Source: Thraustochytrium aureum (taxonomy: Eukaryota). From it: a stretch of 49,392 bases of DNA. A program made the position numbers and the translations under genes. Of the stretch, positions 1 through 10,409 are shown piece after piece. Under the pieces are notes generated by a model. It had not been told where the DNA came from and did not search any database. It saw nothing but the letters and a program-made list of their open reading frames with translations. Position 1 is the stretch's first letter. Each line of letters starts with the position of its first letter. The stretch covers positions 1 through 49,392 of the forward strand of contig BLSG01000196.1 in assembly GCA_012862495.1 (NCBI GenBank), read 5' to 3'.

Positions 1-3
1 ATC

Positions 4-936
4 ATGGAGCAAGGCGTTCGCGCGCATGCCGCTAGTGTGGCTGTCACCGCATACGAGGCCTCCCTTGAGGAGATGGATATCCGCGAGGCTGCTGATCGAG
101 ACTATGACATGGCTGTTCAGTCGGCGGAGCGAGCGCGCAAGGGTGTAGTTCAAGACGCGGCGGCGCGCCTCCGAGCGCGCGTGCGCGAGGCCGAGACAGC
201 GCAGTACAGGTACCACGCGAGGATGAAGGAGCGGGTCGACGTGGCGCGCAGCATGATCAAGAGGATCCCTCGGCGCGCAGACGTGCAAGCCATGGGGGAA
301 CGTGGCCTCGAGGAAACGCGCCACCTGTTGGCAAGTACGCGGCAGTTCCTTGACCAGCAAGCCATTGCCGTCGGTGGCCCGTCCACCGGCGTTGGAGGCG
401 ACCGCATCGGCGGCAACCCTGGGCCCTTGGCGGCCCAGCCTGTTGACAACGACGCACGCAGCAGTCGACAGCACTCGCACACGCGACTGCCGCCATCAGA
501 CTCTGCCGACGAAGTGTTTTACACGCGCAACTCGTCTTGGACAGGGTCTCACTCTTCCGCTCTCGACAGATTAGTAGGCGGGGACCTGGAGGATGCACGG
601 GCCGAGCGGTCGGAAGACGATCATCGTTGGGACCGGGCCGTGGAGGAGACGGGGCTTGGCCAGCCTGAAGAAGGCGAGCGAGGCCGAGTCCAGGTGCACT
701 GTTCACCCTGCTCAGCTCCACCGCCGCTGACAGATACGTCGCAGCTGTTCGGCAACTACGACGCAGACGGGTATGCCCTCGATGATTTTGAAGACGGCTA
801 TGACGACGACTTGAGCGCGTACGGCGCGAACGACGCGTCGTTTTTCGGTCGGTCACAGAACGGAGGCCAAGGCGCGCCTCGGCCCTGCGCATACGACCCT
901 GCGCAGACGGACATGTCCAACTTGCACGCAGCGTGA
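4..936 (+). CDS. Hypothetical protein, possibly 5'-partial; predicted helical/coiled-coil N-half and acidic disordered C-half
   Basis: 310-codon ORF followed by an AT-rich stretch (taatttatatacaaagtagc) consistent with a 3' end; convergent with RPC34. No family motif recognised. Confidence 0.45.
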   Translation: MEQGVRAHAASVAVTAYEASLEEMDIREAADRDYDMAVQSAERARKGVVQDAAARLRARVREAETAQYRYHARMKERVDVARSMIKRIPRRADVQAMGERGLEETRHLLASTRQFLDQQAIAVGGPSTGVGGDRIGGNPGPLAAQPVDNDARSSRQHSHTRLPPSDSADEVFYTRNSSWTGSHSSALDRLVGGDLEDARAERSEDDHRWDRAVEETGLGQPEEGERGRVQVHCSPCSAPPPLTDTSQLFGNYDADGYALDDFEDGYDDDLSAYGANDASFFGRSQNGGQGAPRPCAYDPAQTDMSNLHAA

Positions 937-1136
937 CCAGTAATTTATATACAAAGTAGCAAAGCAATGACGTCGAAAAACGCAACGAGGCTTGGAAATC
1001 AGGATCATTTCGTCGGGAAACATGCGAAGCGCCTTTCTCCGGAGACTCGCGCTCAACAGATCATGCATCGGACGGGACGGGCAGGGCGGCTGCGAACGGG
1101 CCGCGGCGATCGGCGCGGTCGCGTCGCCCGGTTCCT

Positions 1137-2112
1137 CTACGAACCAGAGGGCGCGGCTGCGAGATCCTCGATGTCTTGTGGCGCCTTTCGCCCGGTGAGC
1201 CACGGCGCCATATATTGGCAGTTAGTCGGCGAGTGCACCCCGCCGGGGCGGCAGAGACTGCGCACAGGGCAGACGCCGCACGGGACCTGGTCGAGGAAGT
1301 TGTGGCTCGGCACGGCCGGGGCAACCTTCCAGGCCCGGTCGTCGAAGGCGCGATTCGAGTTGCCAGACTGCGGGACGACCTTGTCCTCGTAGATGAGCTT
1401 GTTGAGAACCACGCGGAGGTCGGCCACCGTGAGCTCCACCGTGAGGACCTGGAGCTCCGCAAGCCTCTTGGCCACTGCTCGGAGAGAGGTCCGCTCCGGG
1501 TTGTCGGCCTGGAACGTGCGGATCGTGTTGAACATGATGTGCGAGATGCGAGCGACAAACTCGTCGTCAAACTCTTGCTCGGTGTACCAGGGCCCGCCGG
1601 TGTGCTCGCGCGACGGCGTCACGTTGATTAGCACGTAGAGGTTCATGTTTTTGTTGGTGATGGTCTTGACGGCCTTGATGAGCCGCCGATTCTCCAAAAG
1701 CTTGAGGATGCGGGTCAGGTGCGCCTGCGGGAGGCCCGTGGACTTTTTCAGGTCTTTCTTGAACACGCCGCGCTCGCCCCGGTTCTGAATCTCTTGCAGC
1801 ACGATCATGTGCTCCTGCGTCAAGCCCTTGAACTTGGCGGCCTGCTCGCGCGAGGCCAGTTGCCAGCTCACTTCCTCCCCCGGGAGTTGCATGGGCGTAG
1901 GCGGCGCTCGCTCATGAGCACATTGATCGCTTCAGAGCAAATGGGCATGTTCTGCGCCCCAAGCGTTGGGCGATCATATCCTGCGTGAGCCGGGACCCTT
2001 CGCCGAGCGTCTCCGCGAGCGCGATCACACTAGCCTTGGCATCCTCCACGCTCCCGAGCTTGCCGAGCGCCGCGCCGTCGGCCGCGAGGCCCAGCCCGTC
2101 ATCGTGCGCCAT
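1137..2112 (-). CDS. POLR3F: RNA polymerase III subunit RPC34/RPC6; two apparent single-base frameshifts near 1958 and 1894
   Basis: Winged-helix segment ILKLLENRRLIKAVK, TPSREHTGGPWY...FDDEFV, and C-terminal Fe-S motif PCGVCPV-x3-C-x6-SPTNC. The N-terminus MAHDDG...AINVLMSERRL joins if one G and one C are restored. Confidence 0.93.
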
Positions 2113-2137
2113 CTGCCCGTCTCCCTGGCAGCCACCG

Positions 2138-2256
2138 CGCGCACGCACGCACGCACGCACCCACCACACGCTGCCACGCACGCACGCAGCCACGCACACA
2201 CGCAGCCACGCAGGCAGGCAGCCACGCACGCAGGCAGCCACGCACGCAGGCAGGCG
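2138..2256. repeat. Imperfect GCAC/GCAG tetranucleotide microsatellite upstream of RPC34
   Basis: gcacgcacgcacgcacgcac...gcagccacgcacgcaggcag read directly. Confidence 0.85.
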
Positions 2257-2780
2257 CGGGCGCGCCCGTCTCAAGGCCTATTTCGAGGCCTGCGCGTCCA
2301 CCAATTACTACTCAGGCCGAAGGCTATCTTATCTGTTCTGCTGCTGCTGTGGGCTGCGGTGCGTGCATGTGCACATGCGCATGGCAGGCAGGCAGGACGG
2401 CGTGTCGCGACCGCGGCTGCTGCGAGGTCGGCGATAGGTACTCGATGCGACGAGCAGGTACCGCGGAGGATTCAGGAGCCTTGCTAGGGCTGACGCACGG
2501 GCGGCTGGACGGGCCGCGAAGAACAGGTGGACGGGGCGCAATAACTAAGTACTTACCCTGCGTATGCGGAGCACCTGAGTCGTTTGCGCGAGTCGATTGA
2601 GAGATCCAAGAGCATGAGCGTTTCAGTGTTGCACATTCGAGGATGCCCGCACGAGGATGCTCGCACGAGGAGGGGGAGGATGCGGGCAGACGGTCCACCC
2701 ATGGTGATGATTATAAAAAAATCTTTCAAAAGTCCTTCTGTGTTCAGCTGGATCGGGCGGCCTCGCTCGGAGGGCGCCGC

Positions 2781-5298
2781 CTAGGCGGTGGCCTCCGTGT
2801 ATGCTTCGATGATGTCCCCCTCTTGAAGTCTTGGAAGGAGGAGAGCGAGATGCCACACTCCTGCCCCCTTGGTGACCGAGCTGACGTCTTCCTTGAAGTG
2901 GCGCAGCGAGTCGAGCCCCGACTTGTGGATGACTTGCCCGTCGCGCGACACGCGCAGGCGAGAGCTCTTGGTGATCTTGCCGCTCGAGACCGTGCAGCCC
3001 GCGACCTTCCAGACGCCTTCCGAGCGGCGGCGCGGGTTCATCGAGAAAACCTTGAGCACGGTGGCCTGGCCAACCACCTCCTCCTTGATAGACCCGCCGG
3101 CGCGGTCTTTGACAACCTTGTCCATGTCGTCGAGCAGATGGTAGATCACAGACTGCGACACAATGGGGACAGCCATCCTCTGCGCCATGTTCATTACCTT
3201 GGTCGGAGCTCGCACATTGAAGGCGAAAATGCGCGCGTTGAACGTGCGAGCCAGCTCGACGTCCGACTCTGTCACCGGGCCCACGCCCCGCCGGATGACT
3301 TGGAAGCCAGCATCGGCAGTCACGCCGCGCTCTTCAAGACTCTGCTTGAGCTCCTGCGTCATCGCGTCCACAGAGTAGCGGAGCGCCTCCATGGACCCGT
3401 CGGTATCCGCTTTCAGGATGATCGGGACGTGAATGGGAGGAGGTGGCTTGTCTGCCTCGTCCTCGGCCTCGGCCTCGCCGTTGGCCGCTGTGGCGGCCGC
3501 GTTGCTCTCGGCCATGGACGCGACGAATTCTGCACGCGCTCTTACCTCTGCTTCGGTGTCCTCACGGCGGCGTTTGCGGAGGTCGACCACCTCTTTCGCA
3601 CGCTTGACGTTTGGCACGACGAGGACGTCGGTGCCGGGCCGCACAGGCTCGGAGAGACCGACAAGCCGGATCGGCGTGGAGGGCTCTGCCACTTTGATGG
3701 GCTTGCCAGTGACCGTGTCGATCATGGAGCGTACGCGGCCGGCTTGCTCGCCGCACACAATGTTGTCGCCCAGGCGCATCGTGCCCCAGCGAGTGACAAT
3801 GTCCGCAACGCAGCCAAGGTTGCGGTCGATGCGCGACTCGATGACGACCGCTTCGCCGCGTGCACCATAGTCGGCTAGCAAGTTTCGATCGGAGGACTGG
3901 AGCAGGATCGCCTCGCTCAGCTCATCCAGGCCTTGGCCCTTCGGGGCGGCGATGGGCACCACCAGGACGTCGCCGCCGTACGAGTCTGTGATGATGTCGT
4001 GGATAGCTAGCTCGCCCGAGATGCGGCTAATCGCGTCCTCCACGTTCACGCCTTGCATGTCCACCTTGGTCAGCGCCACGACCAGCGGGACCCCGGCCGC
4101 TTTCGCCAGCTCGAGCGACTCCACCGTCTGGTTTCGCACGCCGTCCGTGGCCGCGATAACCAGCACGATGAGGTCTGTGAGCAAAGAGCCGCACTTGCGC
4201 ATGCTCGCAAACGCCTCGTGCCCAGGGGTGTCGAGGACGACGATGGGCTTGTCGCCTAACGCAAACTTGAAGGCGCCGACGGACTGGGTGATCCCGCCCT
4301 CTTCGCCTTCGGCCACCGCCGTGTTGCGTAGTGCGTCGAGCAACGTGGTTTTCCCGTGGTCGACGTGCCCCATCACCGTCACGATCGGGGGCCGTTCCTT
4401 GACGTTCTTGTTGGTGCTGAGGTCGATCCCTGCCAGGGCGACCTCTGGGTCGGTGCGCATCTCGTCGGATACCTTGAGCTTTTCCCGTTCAAACTTGATG
4501 CCCATCTCCTCGAGGATCAGCTCGGCAACTTCGGAGCTCACGATCAGAGCCTCTGCGGCCTCGGAGACCTGCTGCGAGGCGATGCGGCTGCGCCCCGTCT
4601 TGGCTTCTATCTTGAGCTGCGTCAGCATGTATCGCGAAAGGGGCTGCCGCGAGGTGATGCCGCTCCCGCTGTCGGCCCCAGTCGCGGCCTCCTCGACGCC
4701 GCCGAATTCGAGGAGCTTGCGGATTACGTCGATCGACTTGGAGTTGCTGCGCAAAGCCAGCTCGCGCACGGTGAGCTGATCTGGCAGGGCCACTACGACA
4801 GCGCGGGCGGCCGGCCGTGGCGGGGGCGGCTTCTTCTTCCCCCGCGGGCGCTGCCTCTGCCGCGAGCTTTCCTCGTCCTCTTCATTGTCTATGTCGTCTC
4901 GAGAGGGCTTTTTCCGTTTGAACTTGAGGTCGGGGTTCGGCCGTTTGTCCTTGAACTTGTTTGGCCCGAACTTGGACATGGCGCGGAGTCTCTCGGGGTC
5001 GTCATCAACAACTGAAGAGAGCACCGGGTCAAAGTCAGCCTCTTCGATGTCGGTATCGTTGCCTGCCAACGGGCTAAAGGCGCCAGGCCTCATCCCGGGC
5101 GTTGCACTAAAGTTTGGCCGCCCGCCGCCCTTGTTGAAGTTTTTGCCTCCGCCACCGCGCGCCGACCCGCCACGTCCGCCGCCTCGACTGAAATTCCTGT
5201 TGCCATTACTGTTCTCTGCGCCGGCGCCGTCCACACGATTGACGTTGTAGTTGTTGTTGTTGTTGTAGTTGTTGTTGTGGTGGCTACTTCCCCCTCGG
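2781..5298 (-). CDS. MTIF2: Organellar, probably mitochondrial, translation initiation factor IF-2; 5' end lost in gap
   Basis: RPPIVTVMGHVDHGKTTLLD, EGGITQ, LDTPGHEAF, TKVD, IILKADTDGS, GPVTESDV, SLRHFKEDV. A compensating frameshift pair near 2821-2868 hides the expected KGQECG motif. Confidence 0.93.
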
Positions 5299-6189
5299 NN
5301 NNNNNNNNNNNNNNNNNNNNNNNNNNNNNNNNNNNNNNNNNNNNNNNNNNNNNNNNNNNNNNNNNNNNNNNNNNNNNNNNNNNNNNNNNNNNNNNNNNNN
5401 NNNNNNNNNNNNNNNNNNNNNNNNNNNNNNNNNNNNNNNNNNNNNNNNNNNNNNNNNNNNNNNNNNNNNNNNNNNNNNNNNNNNNNNNNNNNNNNNNNNN
5501 NNNNNNNNNNNNNNNNNNNNNNNNNNNNNNNNNNNNNNNNNNNNNNNNNNNNNNNNNNNNNNNNNNNNNNNNNNNNNNNNNNNNNNNNNNNNNNNNNNNN
5601 NNNNNNNNNNNNNNNNNNNNNNNNNNNNNNNNNNNNNNNNNNNNNNNNNNNNNNNNNNNNNNNNNNNNNNNNNNNNNNNNNNNNNNNNNNNNNNNNNNNN
5701 NNNNNNNNNNNNNNNNNNNNNNNNNNNNNNNNNNNNNNNNNNNNNNNNNNNNNNNNNNNNNNNNNNNNNNNNNNNNNNNNNNNNNNNNNNNNNNNNNNNN
5801 NNNNNNNNNNNNNNNNNNNNNNNNNNNNNNNNNNNNNNNNNNNNNNNNNNNNNNNNNNNNNNNNNNNNNNNNNNNNNNNNNNNNNNNNNNNNNNNNNNNN
5901 NNNNNNNNNNNNNNNNNNNNNNNNNNNNNNNNNNNNNNNNNNNNNNNNNNNNNNNNNNNNNNNNNNNNNNNNNNNNNNNNNNNNNNNNNNNNNNNNNNNN
6001 NNNNNNNNNNNNNNNNNNNNNNNNNNNNNNNNNNNNNNNNNNNNNNNNNNNNNNNNNNNNNNNNNNNNNNNNNNNNNNNNNNNNNNNNNNNNNNNNNNNN
6101 NNNNNNNNNNNNNNNNNNNNNNNNNNNNNNNNNNNNNNNNNNNNNNNNNNNNNNNNNNNNNNNNNNNNNNNNNNNNNNNNNNNNNNNNG

Positions 6190-6483
6190 GTCGCGGAGAT
6201 GATGCAGCAGGCGCTCAAAGCCGCCGCGACGAGCGAGGTCAGCGGGAACGCGGCGGCGGCTGAGGCCAGGGCCAAGGTAGCTGCGTTGGCCACGCAGTTC
6301 ACGGAGATGCTGGCGCGAGCAGAGGGCCTCCTGGAAGAGATTCCCGGGGGGGATCTGAGCAGGCAGATGCAGCGCGCGGAGCTCGCGGAGCTCGAGGCAG
6401 TATTGGAGAGGAAGCGCAGCTTTCTGAAAGCTTTTAGGACCTCGGAGCTGGGCTCGAGCGGCGTGGGGGCCAGCTCTAGCTAG
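6190..6483 (+). CDS. Probable Mediator subunit MED9, C-terminal part; 5' end in gap
   Basis: Helix-IPG-helix pattern LEEIPGGDLSRQMQRAELAELEAVLERKRSFLKAF resembles the MED9 C-terminus (MPGIxxSxxxQ...L...KxxxLxxY). Confidence 0.55.
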   Translation, partial: VAEMMQQALKAAATSEVSGNAAAAEARAKVAALATQFTEMLARAEGLLEEIPGGDLSRQMQRAELAELEAVLERKRSFLKAFRTSELGSSGVGASSS

Positions 6484-6637
6484 AGCTCGACAGGGCCGCC
6501 GAGCAAGGCCGGCCTTTGCACGACCTCTCGTCGGTTGAGTAGCTCTTGCGTTTTTGACAGTGAAAAAGCTTTGTTCGTGCCACACTCGGCCGCTATTCCA
6601 TCTCCCTCTCCAGCAGCTGGCTAGCTAGCTAGAGCGA

Positions 6638-6702
6638 GCTTGCAGAGCTCGAGCGAGAGAGCTCAGGTTGGCTTGCAGAGCTCGAGCGAGAGAGCTCAGG
6701 TT
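6638..6702. repeat. Direct tandem duplication of 32 bp overlapping a stop codon
   Basis: gcttgcagagctcgagcgagagagctcaggtt at 6638-6669 and 6671-6702. Confidence 0.9.
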
Positions 6703-7864
6703 TGCGAGGGGGCAGGCGCAGGCGCGCGCGGAGGGGCGCTAGCCGCAGACGCCGCCCCCTCGCCTTTGACGCGGCGAGAGACCTGAGCGGCCGTCTCCTC
6801 GCTGTACCGGAGCAAAATCGAGTCGGTCACCTCCGACGGCGAAAGCGAAACGCGAGGCACGCACAGCGAGACCATGTACTCGCACGCTTCCGCGTCCCCG
6901 CCGAGCGGGTACTCGAGGCAAACGGCCCCGTCGCGCACTAGGCAAGGGTGGACCTGCGGCGACTGGGGCCGCCGGTCGCTACTCCAGAGCCCGCGAGGGG
7001 GCGACAGCTCCCGGCACACCGCTTGCGGCAAAGCAACCGCCTCGCGCGGCCGGTGGTTGAACCAGATGTTGACGAGGAACGTCACCCGCGTCCCCTCGGG
7101 CAATGCCGCCCCCTCTGGCTCGCCAAAGGCCGGCAGCAGGTCTGCAGAGGCAAAATGCAAGAGCCGGCCGTCAAAAGCGATGTGCTTGCCGGGCAAAGGC
7201 CGGCTGCAAAACGCAATCTTGTCCGCGGGCCCGGCAAGGTCGTCCGTCGGCCGCGGCGGTGCTGTCTTGCCAAGGACCATCGTCGGGCCTCCGGCAGCTG
7301 AGAGGTACGTCACCGTGCTCTGGTTGGGAAACACGTTGACGCAATAGTCCTCCTCGAGCCCGTAGTCCTTGTCCCAGTGCATCGCTACGTCGCTGTCTTC
7401 GTCGAGGACAAGCGTCCACCACTCGGCGCCGCCGCGCTCTTGGTCAATCCCGGTCACGCCTCTGGCGTGAAACTTGAAAATGTCAAGCGCGAGCTGCTCG
7501 AGCATTGTGCGAGGCTGCTCAGCAGCCCCAATAAAATAAGTCTCGCCGGCGCTGTAGGCTTGCTCGTCCTCGGCCTGGCGGGCCGTGAACACCCTGCGGC
7601 AGTCTCGAAGGATAGTTTCGCGAAGCTCGGCGTCGCTGTCGAGCCCCGCGATGCACTGGTCGTACGCTTGGAAAGCGTAGTTTGCGCCTTGCACGCCAAC
7701 CAGCCGGCCAAACTGGTCCAGCCCAATTTCGGTGGCTCGGACGAGGCTGCGCTCGAGTCCGAGTCGCTGCTGTCCTCCTCATCCTCCTCCTCCTCCCCAG
7801 ACCCCAGCCCCCCGAGGCCGAGTCGCTCATCCCCGTCGCGCCGCCCTTCGCCGCCTCCGGCCGC
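6696..7864 (-). CDS. Uncharacterised protein, putative 2OG-Fe(II) oxygenase-like fold; acidic N-terminus joined via apparent frameshift near 7737; start uncertain
   Basis: AEWW...MHWDKD (HxD), STVTYLS..GGPT, FDGRLLH (distal His) and RVTFLVNIW (Arg in last strand) fit a double-stranded beta-helix facial triad layout. Confidence 0.6.
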
Positions 7865-8464
7865 CNNNNNNNNNNNNNNNNNNNNNNNNNNNNNNNNNNN
7901 NNNNNNNNNNNNNNNNNNNNNNNNNNNNNNNNNNNNNNNNNNNNNNNNNNNNNNNNNNNNNNNNNNNNNNNNNNNNNNNNNNNNNNNNNNNNNNNNNNNN
8001 NNNNNNNNNNNNNNNNNNNNNNNNNNNNNNNNNNNNNNNNNNNNNNNNNNNNNNNNNNNNNNNNNNNNNNNNNNNNNNNNNNNNNNNNNNNNNNNNNNNN
8101 NNNNNNNNNNNNNNNNNNNNNNNNNNNNNNNNNNNNNNNNNNNNNNNNNNNNNNNNNNNNNNNNNNNNNNNNNNNNNNNNNNNNNNNNNNNNNNNNNNNN
8201 NNNNNNNNNNNNNNNNNNNNNNNNNNNNNNNNNNNNNNNNNNNNNNNNNNNNNNNNNNNNNNNNNNNNNNNNNNNNNNNNNNNNNNNNNNNNNNNNNNNN
8301 NNNNNNNNNNNNNNNNNNNNNNNNNNNNNNNNNNNNNNNNNNNNNNNNNNNNNNNNNNNNNNNNNNNNNNNNNNNNNNNNNNNNNNNNNNNNNNNNNNNN
8401 NNNNNNNNNNNNNNNNNNNNNNNNNNNNNNNNNNNNNNNNNNNNNNNNNNNNNNNNNNNNNNNN

Positions 8465-9657
8465 CCGAGTTTGAACGCCGAGCGGATCGACGAGCGCGTG
8501 ACGACCGCCACGAGCATGTTGGGCAGGATGCACTCGGGCTCTGCAAACAGCTTGACCATCTCAATGTGCAGCGACGACTGCGTGTACGCGTACAGCTTAA
8601 AGTTGGTCTCGGTGATGATGTAAAGGTCGCTGCCGCTTGTGCCCGCGCTCGCGTCGCCGTTGCGTCGAGAGCCGTCGCCCCGCTTGCGCTTCGGGTCTGG
8701 CCCGGACCCGGGCGTCGCGGTGGGGGGCGCGGAGTTCTCGTCCTGAATGTCGACCGCCCGTGCCGCAGCAGCCATCTTCTCCTCGCGCGACTGGCCGAAC
8801 ACAACGTTGACCCCGAGTGAGGTAGGGTAAAACACGCGCGCCTCCTTGGGGCCCCGGTAGATGAGCCCGAACAGCTCAAAGTCGTCCAACAGGCCGCGCT
8901 GCGTTTCGTCGAGCTGGCTCGTCGAGCACGGCGTCCCAGGGGCGCAATAGTTCATTTTGAACAGCATCTGGAGGACGCTGTCCGGGTTGTCGACCTGCTC
9001 GGTGTAGTGGCGGATGAAGAGCCAAAGCTGGTTGTGGATGTCGCGAAGCATAAAGTGGTATCCAAGCCTCGTGATGCGCGGGCGGTCCAAGTCGTCGCCG
9101 TACCTCATCAGCCCCATGCTGGTCAGCAGCTTCACGACGCGCTTGGATGGTGCGCTGTATTCAGCGGAGCCCACAATGAAGTGCAGAATCGCGGTCCACT
9201 TCTCGCGCGCGCTCGCCTCCATTTGAGCAGCGTCGACGCGTTTCGCTTGGACGCCGGGCTCTTGCCACGGCAGCTGCGACGTGTCTTGCTCGACCAGCGC
9301 CGCCGCAATCTGTGCGCGAAACTCGTCCTGCAGCACAAAGGTGCCATCGCCCGTCGCCACCAGGACCTTGAGTTCCTCCATCTGCGTCATGGTCTCTTTG
9401 AGGGCGGCGCGCGCAGGCGCAGCATCGGCGATACTGTTTGTAAAAAACGACCGTGGCACGCTCTGATGAATCGGAACCAGCCGAAGCGCCAGCTGCCGCC
9501 CAAGTGGGGACAACCTCTGCAGCACCCCAAGACACGACCACCTGCACGCCTTGAACAGCTTGCGCACCGTGGCCGCCTCTAGCCTCGCGATGAACTCAAA
9601 CAAGTCCTTGTCCTCATCCTCGACCTTTTCGAGCTCGCCGCCCAGCCGAAGGTCCAT
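8465..9657 (-). CDS. GTF2H4: TFIIH subunit 4 (p52/Tfb2); 3' end lost in gap
   Basis: KWTAILHFIVG, ITRLGYHFML...QLW, FGLIY...FYPT, IITETNFKLYAYTQSSLH, LPNMLVAVVTRSSIRSAF are all Tfb2 hallmarks. Confidence 0.95.
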
Positions 9658-9719
9658 CTGTGCGAGGCCGACGGAGCGTCCAAGCCGGCGCGGTCGCCCT
9701 GCACACAGCGCCCGCTGCC

Positions 9720-9789
9720 CGCACGCAGGCACAAAGCCACACAGGCAGGCGCACAGGCACACAGGCAGGCGCACAGGCACACAGGCAGG
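9720..9789. repeat. GGCAC/CAGG microsatellite upstream of TFB2, running into a gap
   Basis: acaggcaggcgcacaggcacacaggcaggcgcacaggcac read directly. Confidence 0.85.
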
Positions 9790-10409
9790 NNNNNNNNNNN
9801 NNNNNNNNNNNNNNNNNNNNNNNNNNNNNNNNNNNNNNNNNNNNNNNNNNNNNNNNNNNNNNNNNNNNNNNNNNNNNNNNNNNNNNNNNNNNNNNNNNNN
9901 NNNNNNNNNNNNNNNNNNNNNNNNNNNNNNNNNNNNNNNNNNNNNNNNNNNNNNNNNNNNNNNNNNNNNNNNNNNNNNNNNNNNNNNNNNNNNNNNNNNN
10001 NNNNNNNNNNNNNNNNNNNNNNNNNNNNNNNNNNNNNNNNNNNNNNNNNNNNNNNNNNGATGATGCTGTTGCGCGGTCGCCGGAGTCCGTGCAGCGCGGC
10101 GCTGCCGACAGGGTTCCTTGGGCTGGTTGGATGACATGTGAATGAACGAAAGAAATCGCTTGGTTGAGGAAGATGCGATTATCGATGGTGGTTGGTTTTG
10201 GCTTCTGGTTTGCTTTGCGAACGGGCCTGAGGCCCGCCTGCTCAAGATGCTCCCGGTTTTCTACAGGCAGCGCTTCTCATTGGTCTCCGCGTTGGTATTG
10301 GTCGCCGGGTTGGCACCTACCTCTCTCTAGAGCTAGTTCTCCAGAGATCTGTTCTGGTCTTTTGTTCTTAAACGCGGCCTGGGGCGCTGCAGCGGCCAAT
10401 CGGCGAGCC

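Noticed and set aside
1890..1960. Intron or programmed frameshift in the RPC34 5' region
   Set aside because: The intervening frame encodes RPC34-like AINVLMSERRL and lacks convincing splice or slippery signals; two single-base errors explain it more simply.
2643..3878. Long antisense ORFs, e.g. 2643-3878, 27315-28622, 39658-40812, 44938-46095
   Set aside because: Shadow ORFs opposite well-supported genes, expected at high GC with strong codon bias.
5269..6585. ORFs bridging N-gaps, such as the 1173-aa IF2 and 908-aa TFB2 calls
   Set aside because: Artefacts of translating through Ns; the flanks belong to different genes or strands.
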